From the human T2T-CHM13v2.0 reference genome, Homo sapiens, in the NCBI RefSeq assembly GCF_009914755.1, contig NC_060947.1: 64,000 bases of DNA. One strand, 5' to 3'. Numbering within the stretch: position 1 is the stretch's first letter; every line of letters begins with the position of its first letter. The notes beneath the pieces are model-generated. The model worked only from the letters and a program-made list of their open reading frames with translations, had not been told where the DNA came from and did not search any database. The translations under genes and the position numbers were made by a program. Positions 26,200 to 37,974 of the stretch are shown here, in pieces.

Positions 26200-29100
26200 A
26201 GACCTCATTACATCTTAACTGGAATCTTGCAATCAACTTCACACTGGCCTCCAAGTTAGCCCACTGCAGTCTCTCCTCATCCCAAGGATCGCCAGAGAGA
26301 ATCTTCCAAAACACTGGACTTCCGTGACCCAGTCCCTGCCAACCTCTTCAGCTTCATCCCTGACACTTGCTACCTTACTGCAGCCTGTACTCCAGCTCAA
26401 CTCAAGGGCTTGTAGTTCCACTCACACACCAGGCTACTTTATGACTTTCTAAGTTTGCTCATGCTGTTCCTTTTGCTTGGAATGCTTTTTTCCAACTCAT
26501 CCTCTGCCCTCTTTGCCTGGTGAGTGCTCTTCAAACTTAATCCAGGCATTACATCTTCCCAGAAGCATTTCTGGCCACTCAAACTGGGTTCGGTCTCCTT
26601 CTTTCATGCTCCCATAGCACCTCAAACTTATTCGTAACATAGTATTTACCCACTATGATGTATGTGGGTTTCCATGTCTGTATACTAAACTACATACTCT
26701 TTGAAGATCAAGCTCTCCAATGGTATGCACAGGGTCTGATACAACAGGCTTTAATAAACGACTGTAGAACTGAACAATTTATATTGAACTGGCATGGAAG
26801 GCACTCTGGAACCTTCCAACAACTTTGTGTCATAGATTTGCTTGCTATCTCTACTACAGTTTAAGGCCCACCACCCCTATTGACTCAGCCATCTCCCTAT
26901 GTTTCTCAACCACCACCTCCCTCATGAAGCCAACTCAATTTCCCGCCCCAGTTTGGAATACTCTCCCTAATTCCTTAAAGATTTACTTTCTCTGTACTTC
27001 GAGATTCTAGGTGTTGGGCAAATTTTGACTGGGAAAAAATAAACTATGTTTGCTGATCACCTGAGTGCCACACATTGAATTTTCATATACAAATATATAT
27101 ATACGTATATATATATATATATATTAGGTAAAAGCCAGACAGAACTAAGAATTTTCTTTAAAGGCACTAGCTAATATAATTCCTCCCAAGAATCCTGTGA
27201 AGTAGGGAGATCGTATCTTCATTTCACAGATGGCAAAACTCAGGCAAGGAAATATGAAGCAACCAGTTCAAGATCATATAGGAAGCAGAGCTGTAATATA
27301 ATCACTGGTCTTCTCAACTCCCAGGCACATCCTCTTTCCACCACATCCCATTGTCTCCAGGTTGGGCCAGGTTCTGGAAAGCCTTGAGAGCCAGAGGGTG
27401 TAATAAGCAGTTGCAAGTCATGAAGTGTTCTTAAGCAGGAGGGGATGATGAATATAGAACTCTGGGGAGATACTCCTGAAAGGTTGTGTATGACAGAATT
27501 TAGTGTGAGGGAGGCTACTGGACTCCTGACAAGGAAAATACAAAATGAGTACTGTAACTCTCTTAACACATTCATTGGTGAGTGCTGGCATTACGATGGG
27601 GTCCCATGGAAAAGGAGAGGGTCTGAGGTTATTTTGAGAATTAAAAAGCTGAAGGGGATATAGGAGTCCATCTTCTGTCTCTTGGGTTGAGTGGCCGACC
27701 TCATGGTCTGCCCCCTGGAAATGGCCTGGGATTTCTGCCTTTTATGGGATGTAGGAGTCCAGGAAAAGGTCCAAGTTGACTGGACAGTTGGGTGAAGGTT
27801 TCCTTAGGAAAGTGGCATTCGATGGGACACTAGATGAGATGGTGCCGTCCCCATCTCTCCTTCAGTAGCTTCCAAACTAGCCTTCTTGACTTCAGTCTCT
27901 CCCCGTCTTCACCCACCTCCAAAGGGATCCTTTTCACACTTATTTTGTCTTTTTTTTTCTTCCTTTTTGTGGAGAACGGGGTCTCGCTATATTGCCCAGG
28001 CAGGTCTCGAACTTCTGGGCTCAAGCTATCCTCCCGCCTCTGCCTCCCTGAGAGCTGGGATTACAGGCGTGAGCCACCGCACCCGGCCCAAAGGGATCCT
28101 TTTTAAACGCCAAGTTGGATCATGTGATTTTCTGCTTAAAACCGTTTAAAGGTTCTCTGCCATTCTTGGGATAAAGTAAGGTCTTTTGACAAACATCAAA
28201 ATTACATATCCTCCATAACCTGGGATTTTAAAATAAATATTATGCCTAAAAACTAACCAATTATGATCATATGCCTCCTCAAACTACATATTCCCTCTTG
28301 GGGATTGTGCTGATGTTCCCCCAGGTGAGTCCCTGCTGCAGTTTACGATATTGTTGACCTATATCTATACACACACACACACACACCCCAACCTGTTTTT
28401 ACTCAAGCTACTGCTTCGGCTTGGACTACTCTCCCATTGTTCTTAGCCAAACCAACTAATTGCTTTTCATCTTTCAGCTCAGGCACCACCCAATAGGAAG
28501 GCTTCCCCAATCTCCTTGTTTCTCTAGGATGGATTCCCTGCTCATCTCTATCAATGTGCTGTATCATACGATGCTCCTGTCCTCCATTCAACTTACTGGA
28601 GGGCAAGTGCCATTTCAGTTAACTTGGTGTGTATGGAGTCCTGATGAAGGGGCCTGTGTAGTTGAGGCAGGAGAAACAACATGAGATAGCAGAAATGGGG
28701 ATCTGCACTCAGAACAAGTTAGGGCTAGAGGATTCGGTTTGGGAATTAACAGCATCCAGAAAGTTTAGGGGCAACCAAGCTTCTAGAGGGCTTCATAGTT
28801 AATTCCATCTTGCAAATGTAGAAACTGAAGACACAGACAAGCAGTTTCTCCCAAATTACTTGGTTAGTCATTGAGAAGGAGGGCTCTTTAGCCACAAGTC
28901 CTGTGCACTTTTCCACTCCATACTGGAAAGGGGGATGACTGAAGTTGGGTGCCTCGTTTCCCTCCCAATTTTGAGACAGGAACCTCTGAACTGCTGGCAC
29001 CTCCTGCCTGGACTGAGGAATAAGGTGACCAAGATTCTAGCTTATCCTCTAACCTGAGGCTGGTAAAAACAAAGCACGAAAAAGTGCTTTGTCCCTTGAC

Positions 29101-29950
29101 TGAGGAAGGTGGGGTGGGAATTGGTGACAAAAATAACCCAGCCCATCATTCCTGCAAAGGCTTTAAAGCCCTTCTTTCCTGTTTCCTTTCTACCAGGAAA
29201 TACAGTTCTCTATGCTTCAGACATGAACATTATCAAAACCCCACCTACTCCTGAGACAGACTGTGAGAACTGGAGGAGGTCATTTAACCAGTAGGTGCCA
29301 AAACCAGACAGCCTCACTCCAGACCCACAGAAGCAGAATCTCCAGGAGGAAGTAAATCTTGACTGGGTTCAAAATACTTTAATAGATGACCCACAGACAG
29401 TAAGCAGCCTGCCCTGGCTCACCCACAGAGTCAGGGTGGTGGTGAATTTGAAACTGAGGCTCCCAAGATCACCCTGGGAGCTCTCCTTAGGAGATAACTC
29501 TCAATTCTGCATCTTGCACATAACAGAGGCTTAATAAAGATCTGTTGGGTGCTTGAGCCTCAGAAGATTTTCTAATATGGTGAAGGCAAAGAACATAAGT
29601 TTTGGAATCAGGCAGATCCTGCTGCAGACCACTGGCAAACTTCAGTCTCCTTAAACTGTTAAATAGGACGAATATCCTCATGGGGTTTTTCAGTGAGGAT
29701 TAAATGAGATATCCCTAAGTAAAATCCCTAGCCCAATGCCTGGCACCCAAAAGGCACTTAATATAATGGTAGTGTTTATCAGTGAGAAGTGGTAGAACAG
29801 AGTGGTAAGAATACACATTCTGGAACCAGGTTGGTCCCAGAATTTTCATGTATGATACAGGAAGGTTACTTTGTTTCTTCGCTGGCAGGATGAGGGTGTT
29901 GGTGAGGATGAAATGAATCAATAAAGTATTAAGAGCAGTGCCTGGCACAA
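26200..29950. mobile_element. Cluster of ancient L2 and MIR fragments downstream of PHF8
   Basis: L2 and MIR core motifs (cagtgcctggcaca, gaggattaaatgagat, acagatggcaaaactcagg). Boundaries approximate. Confidence 0.65.
27935..28088 (-). pseudogene. BC200 (BCYRN1) RNA retropseudogene
   Basis: The minus strand has BC200-diagnostic CCCAGCTCTCAGGGAGG, GGATAGCTTGAG and GACCTGCCTGGGCAATATAGCGAGACCCCGTTCTCC, then the A-rich domain and ATAAGTGT (start of the unique 3' domain). 15-bp TSD caaagggatcctttt at 27920-27934 and 28089-28103. Confidence 0.88.
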
Positions 29951-30424
29951 GAAAACAAGTGCGATAATCGTGAAAACAAGCTCTGATAATTATATTCTTC
30001 TAACCCATGTACTGGCCCTAAGCACAGTAATCAAGTCCAGATTGCACAACAAGTGCATGGAAGAGAGAGGGAAAGAAAAAAAAAATCCCACATTCACAGA
30101 AAGAGGACACACTTGAAAAAGCAGTCTCTGGAAAGCCCTCCCATTGAACTTGTTAGGCCCCTTTGAATTATTGCACCCTTTCTTTTCTGCTCAGTCTGCT
30201 TCTGATGATCTACTTCAGGTGTGTGAAGCGTGTCCCTCCTGAGGGTGGGAATACCCTTCCCACTTCAAGCATAAGGCTGAGCACCAGGGAAATGCCTGAC
30301 AACTTGCTGAGGGAGAGACAAAGAGTACAAGGAGAAGGCAGCACTCCCAGACCCTGCACCACACCACCACCCTCATCACAAAAAAAAAGAATGCCAAGCA
30401 AAGCAATTGCCAAGATAAATCACT

Positions 30425-30430
30425 TTTATC
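30425..30430 (-). terminator. Candidate variant poly(A) signal GATAAA for PHF8
   Basis: The minus strand reads AGAGATAAAAGTG, with U-rich upstream sequence and a U-tract about 40 nt downstream (plus-strand A run near 30380-30388). No canonical AATAAA was seen at this end. Confidence 0.55.
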
Positions 30431-31037
30431 TCTATAGGAAAGGGAGGATCTAAAAAAAATATAAATTACATTAGTAACACAACATAAGAAAAAGACAGGG
30501 ACAAAAACAACAGAGAAGTCTGAATGATGCTACCCTAACCTATTTATAAAAAGGCCCTGCATCAGAAATTCACAATCCTACCCACTTCTAAAAATATATT
30601 TAGACATGTACAGAAGCGGTGGGCTTGTTTTTAAATTGTTTGCTTTTTTTGTAAAAATATATTAAAGGTGAATAGAAATCCTCTCTCCCTTCCCCCTGTC
30701 CAGCCCCCAGCTAGGGACTGGAGATCAGGGGTAACTATCTCATGGTGTTCTAAACCTTGATTACTAACACTCCCAACCCCTCCCCAACTCACTTCACTTA
30801 GAACCTGAAACATTAAAAAAAACAAAAACAAAGACATCAGCCTCTTTGGAAAAGCATAACTCTGAGGGTAAACTTGCTTTTCATTGGAAACAACACAAAA
30901 CAACAAACAGGGGGCTCCAAGAACCCAACTAAGCTAAATGAAACCCAGTCAAACAGAGGCTGGGTTTCAGCTCCACAGAAAACTTCTAACAAAGAAATAG
31001 AGGGAAAAGGCCGGAATCGGGGGGATTTGCTAGCAAT

Positions 31038-31045
31038 TAGCTGCC
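31038..31045 (-). promoter_or_regulatory. miR-22-3p 8mer site (GGCAGCUA) in the PHF8 3' UTR
   Basis: Plus strand tagctgcc: exact complement of seed AGCUGCC plus the A1 position. Confidence 0.6.
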
Positions 31046-31256
31046 TTTGAAAGATCAAGAAGGGGTGTTAATGGACAAAAGGGCTGGGGACCTGATCTTG
31101 GTTACAGCAGTCACCGCATAGTCAGGCAGTTGCCTATACAGGACAGAGGCTTCTCCTGCTCTCCCCTCACTACCCTCTGCTGCCTTGAAATCCCCAAAAT
31201 AAGCAAAGCTGGGCAGAAACAGAGGGGAGGGGAGTAGGGACTCACGTGCTAGGGGG

Positions 31257-31283
31257 GAGGTAGCCAGGCTTTTTGCCTTTGGT
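31257..31283 (-). promoter_or_regulatory. Adjacent let-7 (CUACCUC) and miR-9 (ACCAAAG) 7mer-m8 sites
   Basis: Plus strand gaggtag at 31257-31263 and ctttggt at 31277-31283. A second miR-9 seed match lies at 32748-32754. Confidence 0.45.
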
Positions 31284-31707
31284 GTGACTAGATGGAGAAC
31301 TGCTTGGCCCCTGGGGTCCCCAAGGTAGAGAAAGCAAATGGGCTAAAGGAACCCCTGATTCCAAGGAAGGAAAGTAGAGGCAGGGCTATGGAGAAAAGAA
31401 AGACAAACTGGAGATACAAAGATGACAAAAGAAGCCTCACAAATTCCCTGTGGCCTGCATGGTAGCTATTAAATTCCCCAGAAGCATTGGGCAAGCTGGG
31501 GTGAGGTTGGAGTGGGTGGTACAGGTGGAAAGGGCAAGGGTACACTCCACTTGGGTAGTGCCAAATGGAGGTGGGGGGATGTTCTCCATCGAGTCCAGAT
31601 TGCCAGTGAGGCAAGGCGGTGGGAGGTGGGGGCACTGTCTGGACAATGGAGACAATCCACGAAGGAAGGACAGGGGAAGGGGAGGATCGGATGGATGGTC
31701 TGCTCCT

Positions 31708-31786
31708 TCACGGATGGGCGTCTCTTCTCTTCAACTTGGGCTCGTGAATGGCCTGTCTGCATTCTGCTTGAACGATGACCTGTCGT
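31708..31786 (-). CDS. PHF8: PHF8 alternative C-terminal extension exon, RQVIVQAECRQAIHEPKLKRRDAHP*
   Basis: Donor CT|gtgagc overlaps the main stop codon (intron 32888-31787) and the acceptor is ctttgcacttccag|A. CT+A restores Leu, followed by 25 codons and TGA. The peptide matches my recollection of a PHF8 isoform. Confidence 0.75.
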
Positions 31787-32347
31787 CTGGAAGTGCAAAG
31801 GCCCAGGAGTGAAGATGTGAGTCCTGAGGTCTTCTTCAGACCAAGACCTCAGGTGGAGAAAGAAGCATGAAAAGTTCCCGACGGAGGACCCAGGTGTGGG
31901 CCGTCCCGCCACACCCTCCATAATGTCCAGGCTGTGCTCTGTGGTATAGGCGGAGCAAGCAGGCTGTAGGGCCAGGGTTATCTGCGTCATTGGCAGGTGC
32001 TTTCAGGTTTCTGGGAGATGGTTTTCCACCTGCCAGGGCCCAGCCACAGCCACAGCCACAGCCACGTGGATAATGTTCTACATGATTTCAAAATCCAGGC
32101 AAATCCCTGGAGCTCACCCTAAAACAAGTGGCCTCATGTGTAGCCAGCTAAAAGTAGCTTCCTCCAACAGGCTACAAAACCGTGGTCAAAGGCTTGGGCA
32201 TCTGACCTCTCCCTACCTTGACAAGTGATAGGAATCACCTTTCTTTTGAAAGGTAAGTGAAGTTGGCATTTCTAGGCCACTTCTGGAAATGGCCCACAGT
32301 GGGGCAGGAAGGAGGCTCTAGGCCTTCCTCTTCATTTCCATGAAGCA

Positions 32348-32357
32348 TTTGGCAAGA
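32348..32357 (-). promoter_or_regulatory. Overlapping miR-182 and miR-31 8mer sites
   Basis: Plus strand tttggcaaga gives UUGCCAAA (miR-182) and UCUUGCCA (miR-31) on the mRNA. Confidence 0.5.
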
Positions 32358-32884
32358 GGGGGCAGAGACCACAGCCTTCTCCCATGAGCAAGTCTGGAGG
32401 TGGGGCATGTCCACTGGACTGGGGAAATGGGGCAAACAGAATGGGTGGAGGTGGGCAGGCTTCTGGATATAGGGCTAGAGTTGCAGAAAGTGTCAAGCAC
32501 TGGGCTTCCCACTTCATGGCTCAGGCTCCTTCATACCTCTCCTCATCCTGCCTTCCAGCTCTAGCGGGGGATGAAGAATAAAGAACAGACAAGGCAGGTG
32601 ACGGGAGTGGTTTGGACGAGTAGAAAAGAGGGTTCTAGTCAGCTGGAAACCTCTCCCATTTACCTGCTCCTCAGTGGAGAAGGCAGGCAGGATGCTCTAG
32701 TGAAAGTGGGGAAGGGAACTAGAAGGAGTCGGTGGAGGGGTCCGTGCCTTTGGTAAGTCCCAAGAAAGCAGGACAATGCACCTCAGCACCTTGTCCAGGG
32801 CAGATAGGATCCAGGAGTGCCCCAAGAGTTGACAATGGAGAAGGCAATGGGGGTAAAGGGGTGAGGGGTGGGACACAGGAGGGC

Positions 32885-32973
32885 TCACAGAAGTAGTTTG
32901 CCATTTCTGTGGATTTTCAGGATACGGCCGAGTCTCTGCTTTGCTGTGGCCAGGCCCTTTTTGGGACGCTTTC
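32885..32973 (-). CDS. PHF8: PHF8 last coding exon (main isoform), [29 protein letters not shown]
   Basis: Acceptor ttttcccttcccccacag|, TGA at 32887-32885. The basic C-terminal motif is typical of the PHF2/PHF8/KDM7A family. Confidence 0.96.
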
Positions 32974-33906
32974 CTGTGGGGGAAGGGAAAAGTAAGCAAG
33001 GGCTTTGGCAAGGGCTTCAACATCAAATCTGGCACCAACTGCCCTCAGGCCACCTCCCCTTCCTGTTTCTCTACCCACAAAGTTTCTCCATCCTTAGACC
33101 ATATTGGGCAGGAAGCCCTCCTTAACTACTTCCAACCAACACCACATGCTTTGACTCTTCCTCCTATGACCTCCTGTAGCAGCAAGACTCCCTGATTACA
33201 GTTTGTCTAGTTCTTTTTCTCCACTGATTACTCTGGTCCCAATCATTTTCCTTCCAAGATCCTGCAGGGAGGTAAATGTACTTCCATACCCTCTTATCCT
33301 ACCCACCAGGACTGGACAAGTGCCTGGTTAGTGATTAGAGCTCAGTGTCCCTGAAGTTGCCATCCCTAGGGCCTTGCTTCATTAGAAACTCTCATCTTCA
33401 TCAGCCTTCAACATCACACCAACCTCCATGCCCTTGAGCTGCGTACTCTAGGGACTGGGCTTTGAGGACCAAAGTGAGGGAAAGGAAGGCTTCAGTCCTC
33501 TAACTCTTTGTTGTCTCTGTCTCCCCACATTAAATCCCCTCCCATGTCCTATTTGACTGCCTCCATATTTGATCAGTTCATCTCCTTCCTCTCCATTCCC
33601 TCTGGCAGAGCCCCAGGTACTCTTCCTGCCTGCCTGAACTTGTATATGTGCCTCCTCCCTAGAGTTCCCATCTCTAGCCCACCCTCTACCTCCTTCTGGC
33701 CACCAGAAGGATCTTTCAAAACTAAAACCTGATCTTGTCTGTACTTCAAATCAGTCAACATCTCTCCATGGCCCATAAGATCAAATCCAAGCACCTTAGG
33801 TTGGCCTTCAGTGTCCCTCCCTGGTATTGTCATCTACTAGAGCACTTAGGATTTAGGGCAGGTGGCTCTAAGATCCTTCGGTTCTACAACCATATGGCCG
33901 TTGTAC

Positions 33907-34243
33907 CTTGTCCTGCCTGATTGCTCTGGGAGCCAACTGAAGGGCGCCGCTGGGTCAAGAAGACACCGGGGGCCATAGGTGTGGTGCTGCGGTTTGCCTG
34001 GGCCATGCCAAAGGCATTGGGACGAGCGGTGTACTCATGGTCAGCGAGACTTCCTGACAGGGCCTCTTGTTTAGGCTCAGGAGGAGGCAGGGGTGAGGAG
34101 GAGGTGACAAGTTGTGGTGTGGCAGCCACAGTGGGGGCTGGTACTGTCAGACTGAGATTGGAGTCTTGAGGGCGAGGCTGTTCTACCTCCTTCAGCAAAG
34201 GCTTCTTCTTGATATATTTCTTCTTTTGGGCCTTCTGTAGCTC
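33907..34243 (-). CDS. PHF8: PHF8 penultimate coding exon (337 nt, phase 0-1), [14 protein letters not shown]...DHEY...QSNQAGQ
   Basis: Acceptor tgtgtttcag| and donor AAG|gtacaa; lies within ORF 33884-34252. Contains a D/E-H-x-Y HCF-1-binding motif (DHEY, 34031-34042). Confidence 0.96.
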
Positions 34244-37015
34244 CTGAAACACAAGCCAAGTAGGAGGAGAGATTAAGCAGTGAAGAAGACAAGTTCCCAG
34301 GAAAGGAACTAACTAGACAATGTCCAATATGGTTGTGCAACCTGCCACCCTCTCCCTTACCTGCACCAAGTCTAGCCTGGATGTACACACAGCACATAAC
34401 AGGCCTTCCAATACCTGAGATCATCTCTTTGTTACCATCCATCCTTAAGTCACCACTGTCACTTATTAGTACAGTGCCAAGAAAGCTGTAAATGAATTTG
34501 GAGACTAGGATTTTGGTCCTAGTGTTGCCACTAATGAGGTAGACCTTGGACACGTCTAATGATAATAACTAAATTTACATCAGCAGCTGAGACACTTTAT
34601 ATACTTTATCTCATTTAATCCTCATAACAGCTCTAAGAAGAAAAAATCCTAATTTTACATATGAGAAAATGGAAGTGCAGGGATATTAAGTAACTTGAGC
34701 CCAAAGCCTCACAGCTGAAAAGTAGTTGGGACCACTATCTAACCAGGTCTATCTGAAGAGACACCTTGCAAACTTCTCAAAGTGGAAAATCTGAGCGTAG
34801 AAAGATTAGAAAGATTATTAGTTTTGGAATGAGATAAATCTGGTTCAAATCCAGGCTTGTGTCCCTAAATTGGATGACTATGGTCAAACTGACTAACCTT
34901 TCTGAATCTCAGCTACCTCATCTATAAAACAGGTAAAATAATATCTGCTTTTTAGGATTTTTGAAAAGATTAAGTGATGACATAAAAATACACAGCACAT
35001 AGTAGATATTCGACAAGTGGTTAATTATTATTCTATCTTCATCTCTTATAATGGCTTCACTTCCTCTTGCTGGTCTTTTTCTTTTAACAGTGGGCTTGAC
35101 AATCCTCCAGGTCACTGGGTCTAAAAACCTCACTTTGGGGATGGGAATGACAAATAAGGAGTTGTGTCACTTCTCCCAATACCTTGTATTTCAACCATCC
35201 ACTGCCCTATGGATCTACTATCCACTGCATGGTGGACACTTGTATAGTGGGCATCTGGAGCCCTGAGAACCTGGAAAGGTGGTGCTGAGAGCATGTAAAT
35301 CACTTCACCTTCTGAAATGCTACACAGCCACACAAACCAACTCAGTGATCACATTTTTTTGCCTTCTCTTGGCAACACAAGCCTAATCCTGCCTTCGGAA
35401 GATCTCACAGGCTGTGGCTACCACGGGCATTTCTGGGGTACAATAATAACAATATTAGTAATACATGTCAACCACTCTTCTATAATTACTCATTTAATAC
35501 TCGTAAATACCCAAGAAGTAAGAATTATAATCCCATTTGAAGGATGAAGAAACTGTGGCACAGAGAGGCTAAGTCATTTCCCTAAGGTTACAGGACCAGT
35601 AAGTGGTCAAACTGGGATTCACATCCAAGCCATTTGGCTTCAGAATCTCTTCCCTCAGCCAAACTGCTATTCTAACCATACCAGGAACTGCATTTCTGTC
35701 CCTTTTTCTCTCACTTAAATCCAGAATTACCTCTTCATATCTAGATCACTAGCCTAAATTTTGCTACCTTTGCTGCCAATCTCTTTCACATATAATTTAT
35801 CCAGATACTCCCACAGACAACTAGACCATCTTATGACAGAACCACTTTCACCTTGCCAATCCCGTTGCTCAAAAAGCTGTTAGCAGATCCCCGCCCAAGT
35901 TCAAACTCCCTGGCCTGACATTCATGATCTTCCACAGTCTGGCTGTTTACACTTAGCCAACCCATAATGATAATGATGAAAAAAGCTAACAGGCCTATAG
36001 TACTTACTCCATAACAACTGCCATTCTAAAAGAGCTTGTACGTACATTACCTCATTTAATCCTAAAATGAAGTCTATGAGGAAATGAGGCAAAGAGAAAT
36101 TAACTTGCCCAAATGGTAGAACTATTACATAATTTAAATCCAAGCAGGCTGACTCTAGAATCCATTCTTATAATCATTACTTATTTTAACTAATTCCCCA
36201 ACATGAAATCTCCAATACAGAAAGATCTGTTTCTTTCTTTCGTTCATTCATTCATTCACTCACCCACCCACCCCAATACTGACTAAACACATTTTCTGAC
36301 CATAGTGGGGATACCAAGTTAAATTAAATATATTCCCACTCTTGAAGTATTCATAGTTTAATAAGAAACACCAAAACATACATTTATGATTGTAAGTACC
36401 ACGAGAGAATGTTGTAGAAGCATATAGAAAAAGGCCTCTGAAATAAAGTGGTGGTAGGTAGTATGAAGGGCTGTTAGGTAAGGGATCTGATAGGGTATGA
36501 TTCTCAATGGGTAAAAGGAACATCTTGTGTAAAGGCACAAAAGCATGAGACAATCTGATATACTCACTGAGGGGACTATGAGTATTGCAGTGCACTATGG
36601 CTGTATAAAAGGTGTGCATGAGGGGCTGGAAGGAGGTCAGGGAGGTGACTAGAGACCAAATCAAGAGGACTTTAAGAGGGCTTTGTGTGCTATACGAAGG
36701 AAGTCCCTTCTTTTAGAATGCCTCCCTGGCCCCTACCAGAAGCTTAGCTTGCAAAGCCCCTCCCCAATTTCAAAACCTCTTCTTTGAGGTTATCTCTGAT
36801 CATCCCAAACAGAATTTAGCTCCTTAAAAGGCACTAAGAGTAATTTTCACAGCTTTACTTAATTTATATTTATATAAAACAGTAGAACCCCCTTTTTCAA
36901 ATTACAGCTTACACTGTATTGGGATATACATAAGAGACAGAAGTTCTGGTCAAAGAAGATTGCCAAAGATTTAAACACTATTTAAATAGGATGTAATGAC
37001 TGAACTACATAAGCA

Positions 37016-37021
37016 TTTATT
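37016..37021 (-). terminator. Intronic poly(A) signal AATAAA serving the alternative terminal exon
   Basis: tttatt on the plus strand, about 75 nt downstream of the TAA of the VKKMKLSLTDSG exon. Confidence 0.55.
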
Positions 37022-37094
37022 TAAATAGAAAGTAATATGAAATTTGAAGTTAGAGGATATGAGTTTGAGTTGTCTCCTCCATTTACTGGCTGTA

Positions 37095-37133
37095 TTATCC
37101 TGAGTCAGTTAATGAGAGCTTCATTTTCTTCAC
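37095..37133 (-). CDS. PHF8: PHF8 alternative terminal exon (MIR-derived), VKKMKLSLTDSG*
   Basis: Acceptor attttcatcattttatag|GTG is phase 0, compatible with the 37865 donor. TAA at 37097-37095 and AATAAA at 37021-37016. The peptide matches my recollection of a short PHF8 isoform. Confidence 0.75.
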   Translation of the reverse strand: MKKMKLSLTDSG

Positions 37134-37864
37134 CTATAAAATGATGAAAATATCACCTGTTGAACAGGGCTATTGGGCAGATAGATTACATTACACATTA
37201 TATATGGAAGCAACTAACAAAGCAGATGCTTAACAGTGCTCTAAGCTATAGGATATGGGATTAGGAGCTAACGGGATATTGATTGCAAGATAACCAGAGA
37301 ATTCACCTCCAAAGGCTCCTAAGCACATTACGCACATTAAAGAACTTTTAGATGTAATGCTAGGAGATGAATTTGATTCTAGTGAAGATCACTCTTTAGG
37401 ACAAAAAAAAAATTTGTGGGTGAAGATTAAGATAATATTATTTCATAAAGAGGACAAGAAAAATTTCTAATCAACCAAATTCCAATACTGGTGGGTGGCT
37501 GAGAACTTGAGCGTACTCAGCTGAGTCACCCCCTCAGGGCTTCATATGAGAGCAAAGGAAGGATCTGGTCCTTCTCATCTGAGAGGTTTTTACACACCAA
37601 AAAAGGTAAGTGGGTTTTTCTCTGGCCTAATATTTTCTTTCATCCTGAATCATGTCAACTGTGTAACCTGTGGAAGTAGCTTATCATTGAGTTGGGATAA
37701 GAGGGATTTAAGAGGGGGCTGGGATACTGCCAAGGATAAAGATCAAAGGTTACTCAATCCCCATTGAGACAAAGGTGGGATCCTATCAGCCTGCAGGTCT
37801 AAGTGTTGAGGCTCTAAGTCAAACTGCTATTAGTTGCAGGGTGACCTGGGGTGTCAGCACCTAC

Positions 37865-37974
37865 CTGCTGGGCCAGCTTTGCAGCTGCTGCAGCCAAACC
37901 TGTCTCAATAGAGGCTACCCGGGTCCCCTCACGCACAGGACGGTCCTGCTTCGGCAGAGTTGGGGTCACGCGGG
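37865..37974 (-). CDS. PHF8: PHF8 coding exon (110 nt, phase 1-0), [37 protein letters not shown]
   Basis: Acceptor tgtttcccttgcag| and donor CAG|gtaggt. The motif resembles the PHF2/PHF8 C-terminal region and the frame is continuous with both neighbouring exons. Confidence 0.96.

Larger units (their letters stand above)
30407..32884 (-). other. PHF8: PHF8 3' UTR (about 2.5 kb; distal end approximate)
   Basis: Unique sequence essentially free of interspersed repeats after the stop codon. The distal end is U-rich, with a variant poly(A) signal and a downstream U-tract. Confidence 0.8.
33500..37200. mobile_element. L2 and MIR fragments in the last PHF8 introns, excluding exon 33907-34243
   Basis: MIR cores near 34480-35020, 35450-35660, 36020-36170 and 37050-37200; L2 near 33500-33830 and 36240-36700. 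Confidence 0.65.

Noticed and set aside
31288-31990. 115-173 aa ORFs in the PHF8 3' UTR on both strands
   Set aside because: They have no recognisable domains and fit chance ORFs in GC-rich UTR sequence. Only the 31786-31708 frame has supporting splice signals.
33884-33906. Read-through of the penultimate exon giving ...GQGTTAIWL*
   Set aside because: It requires intron retention and no nearby poly(A) signal was identified. The canonical donor joins the final exon in frame.
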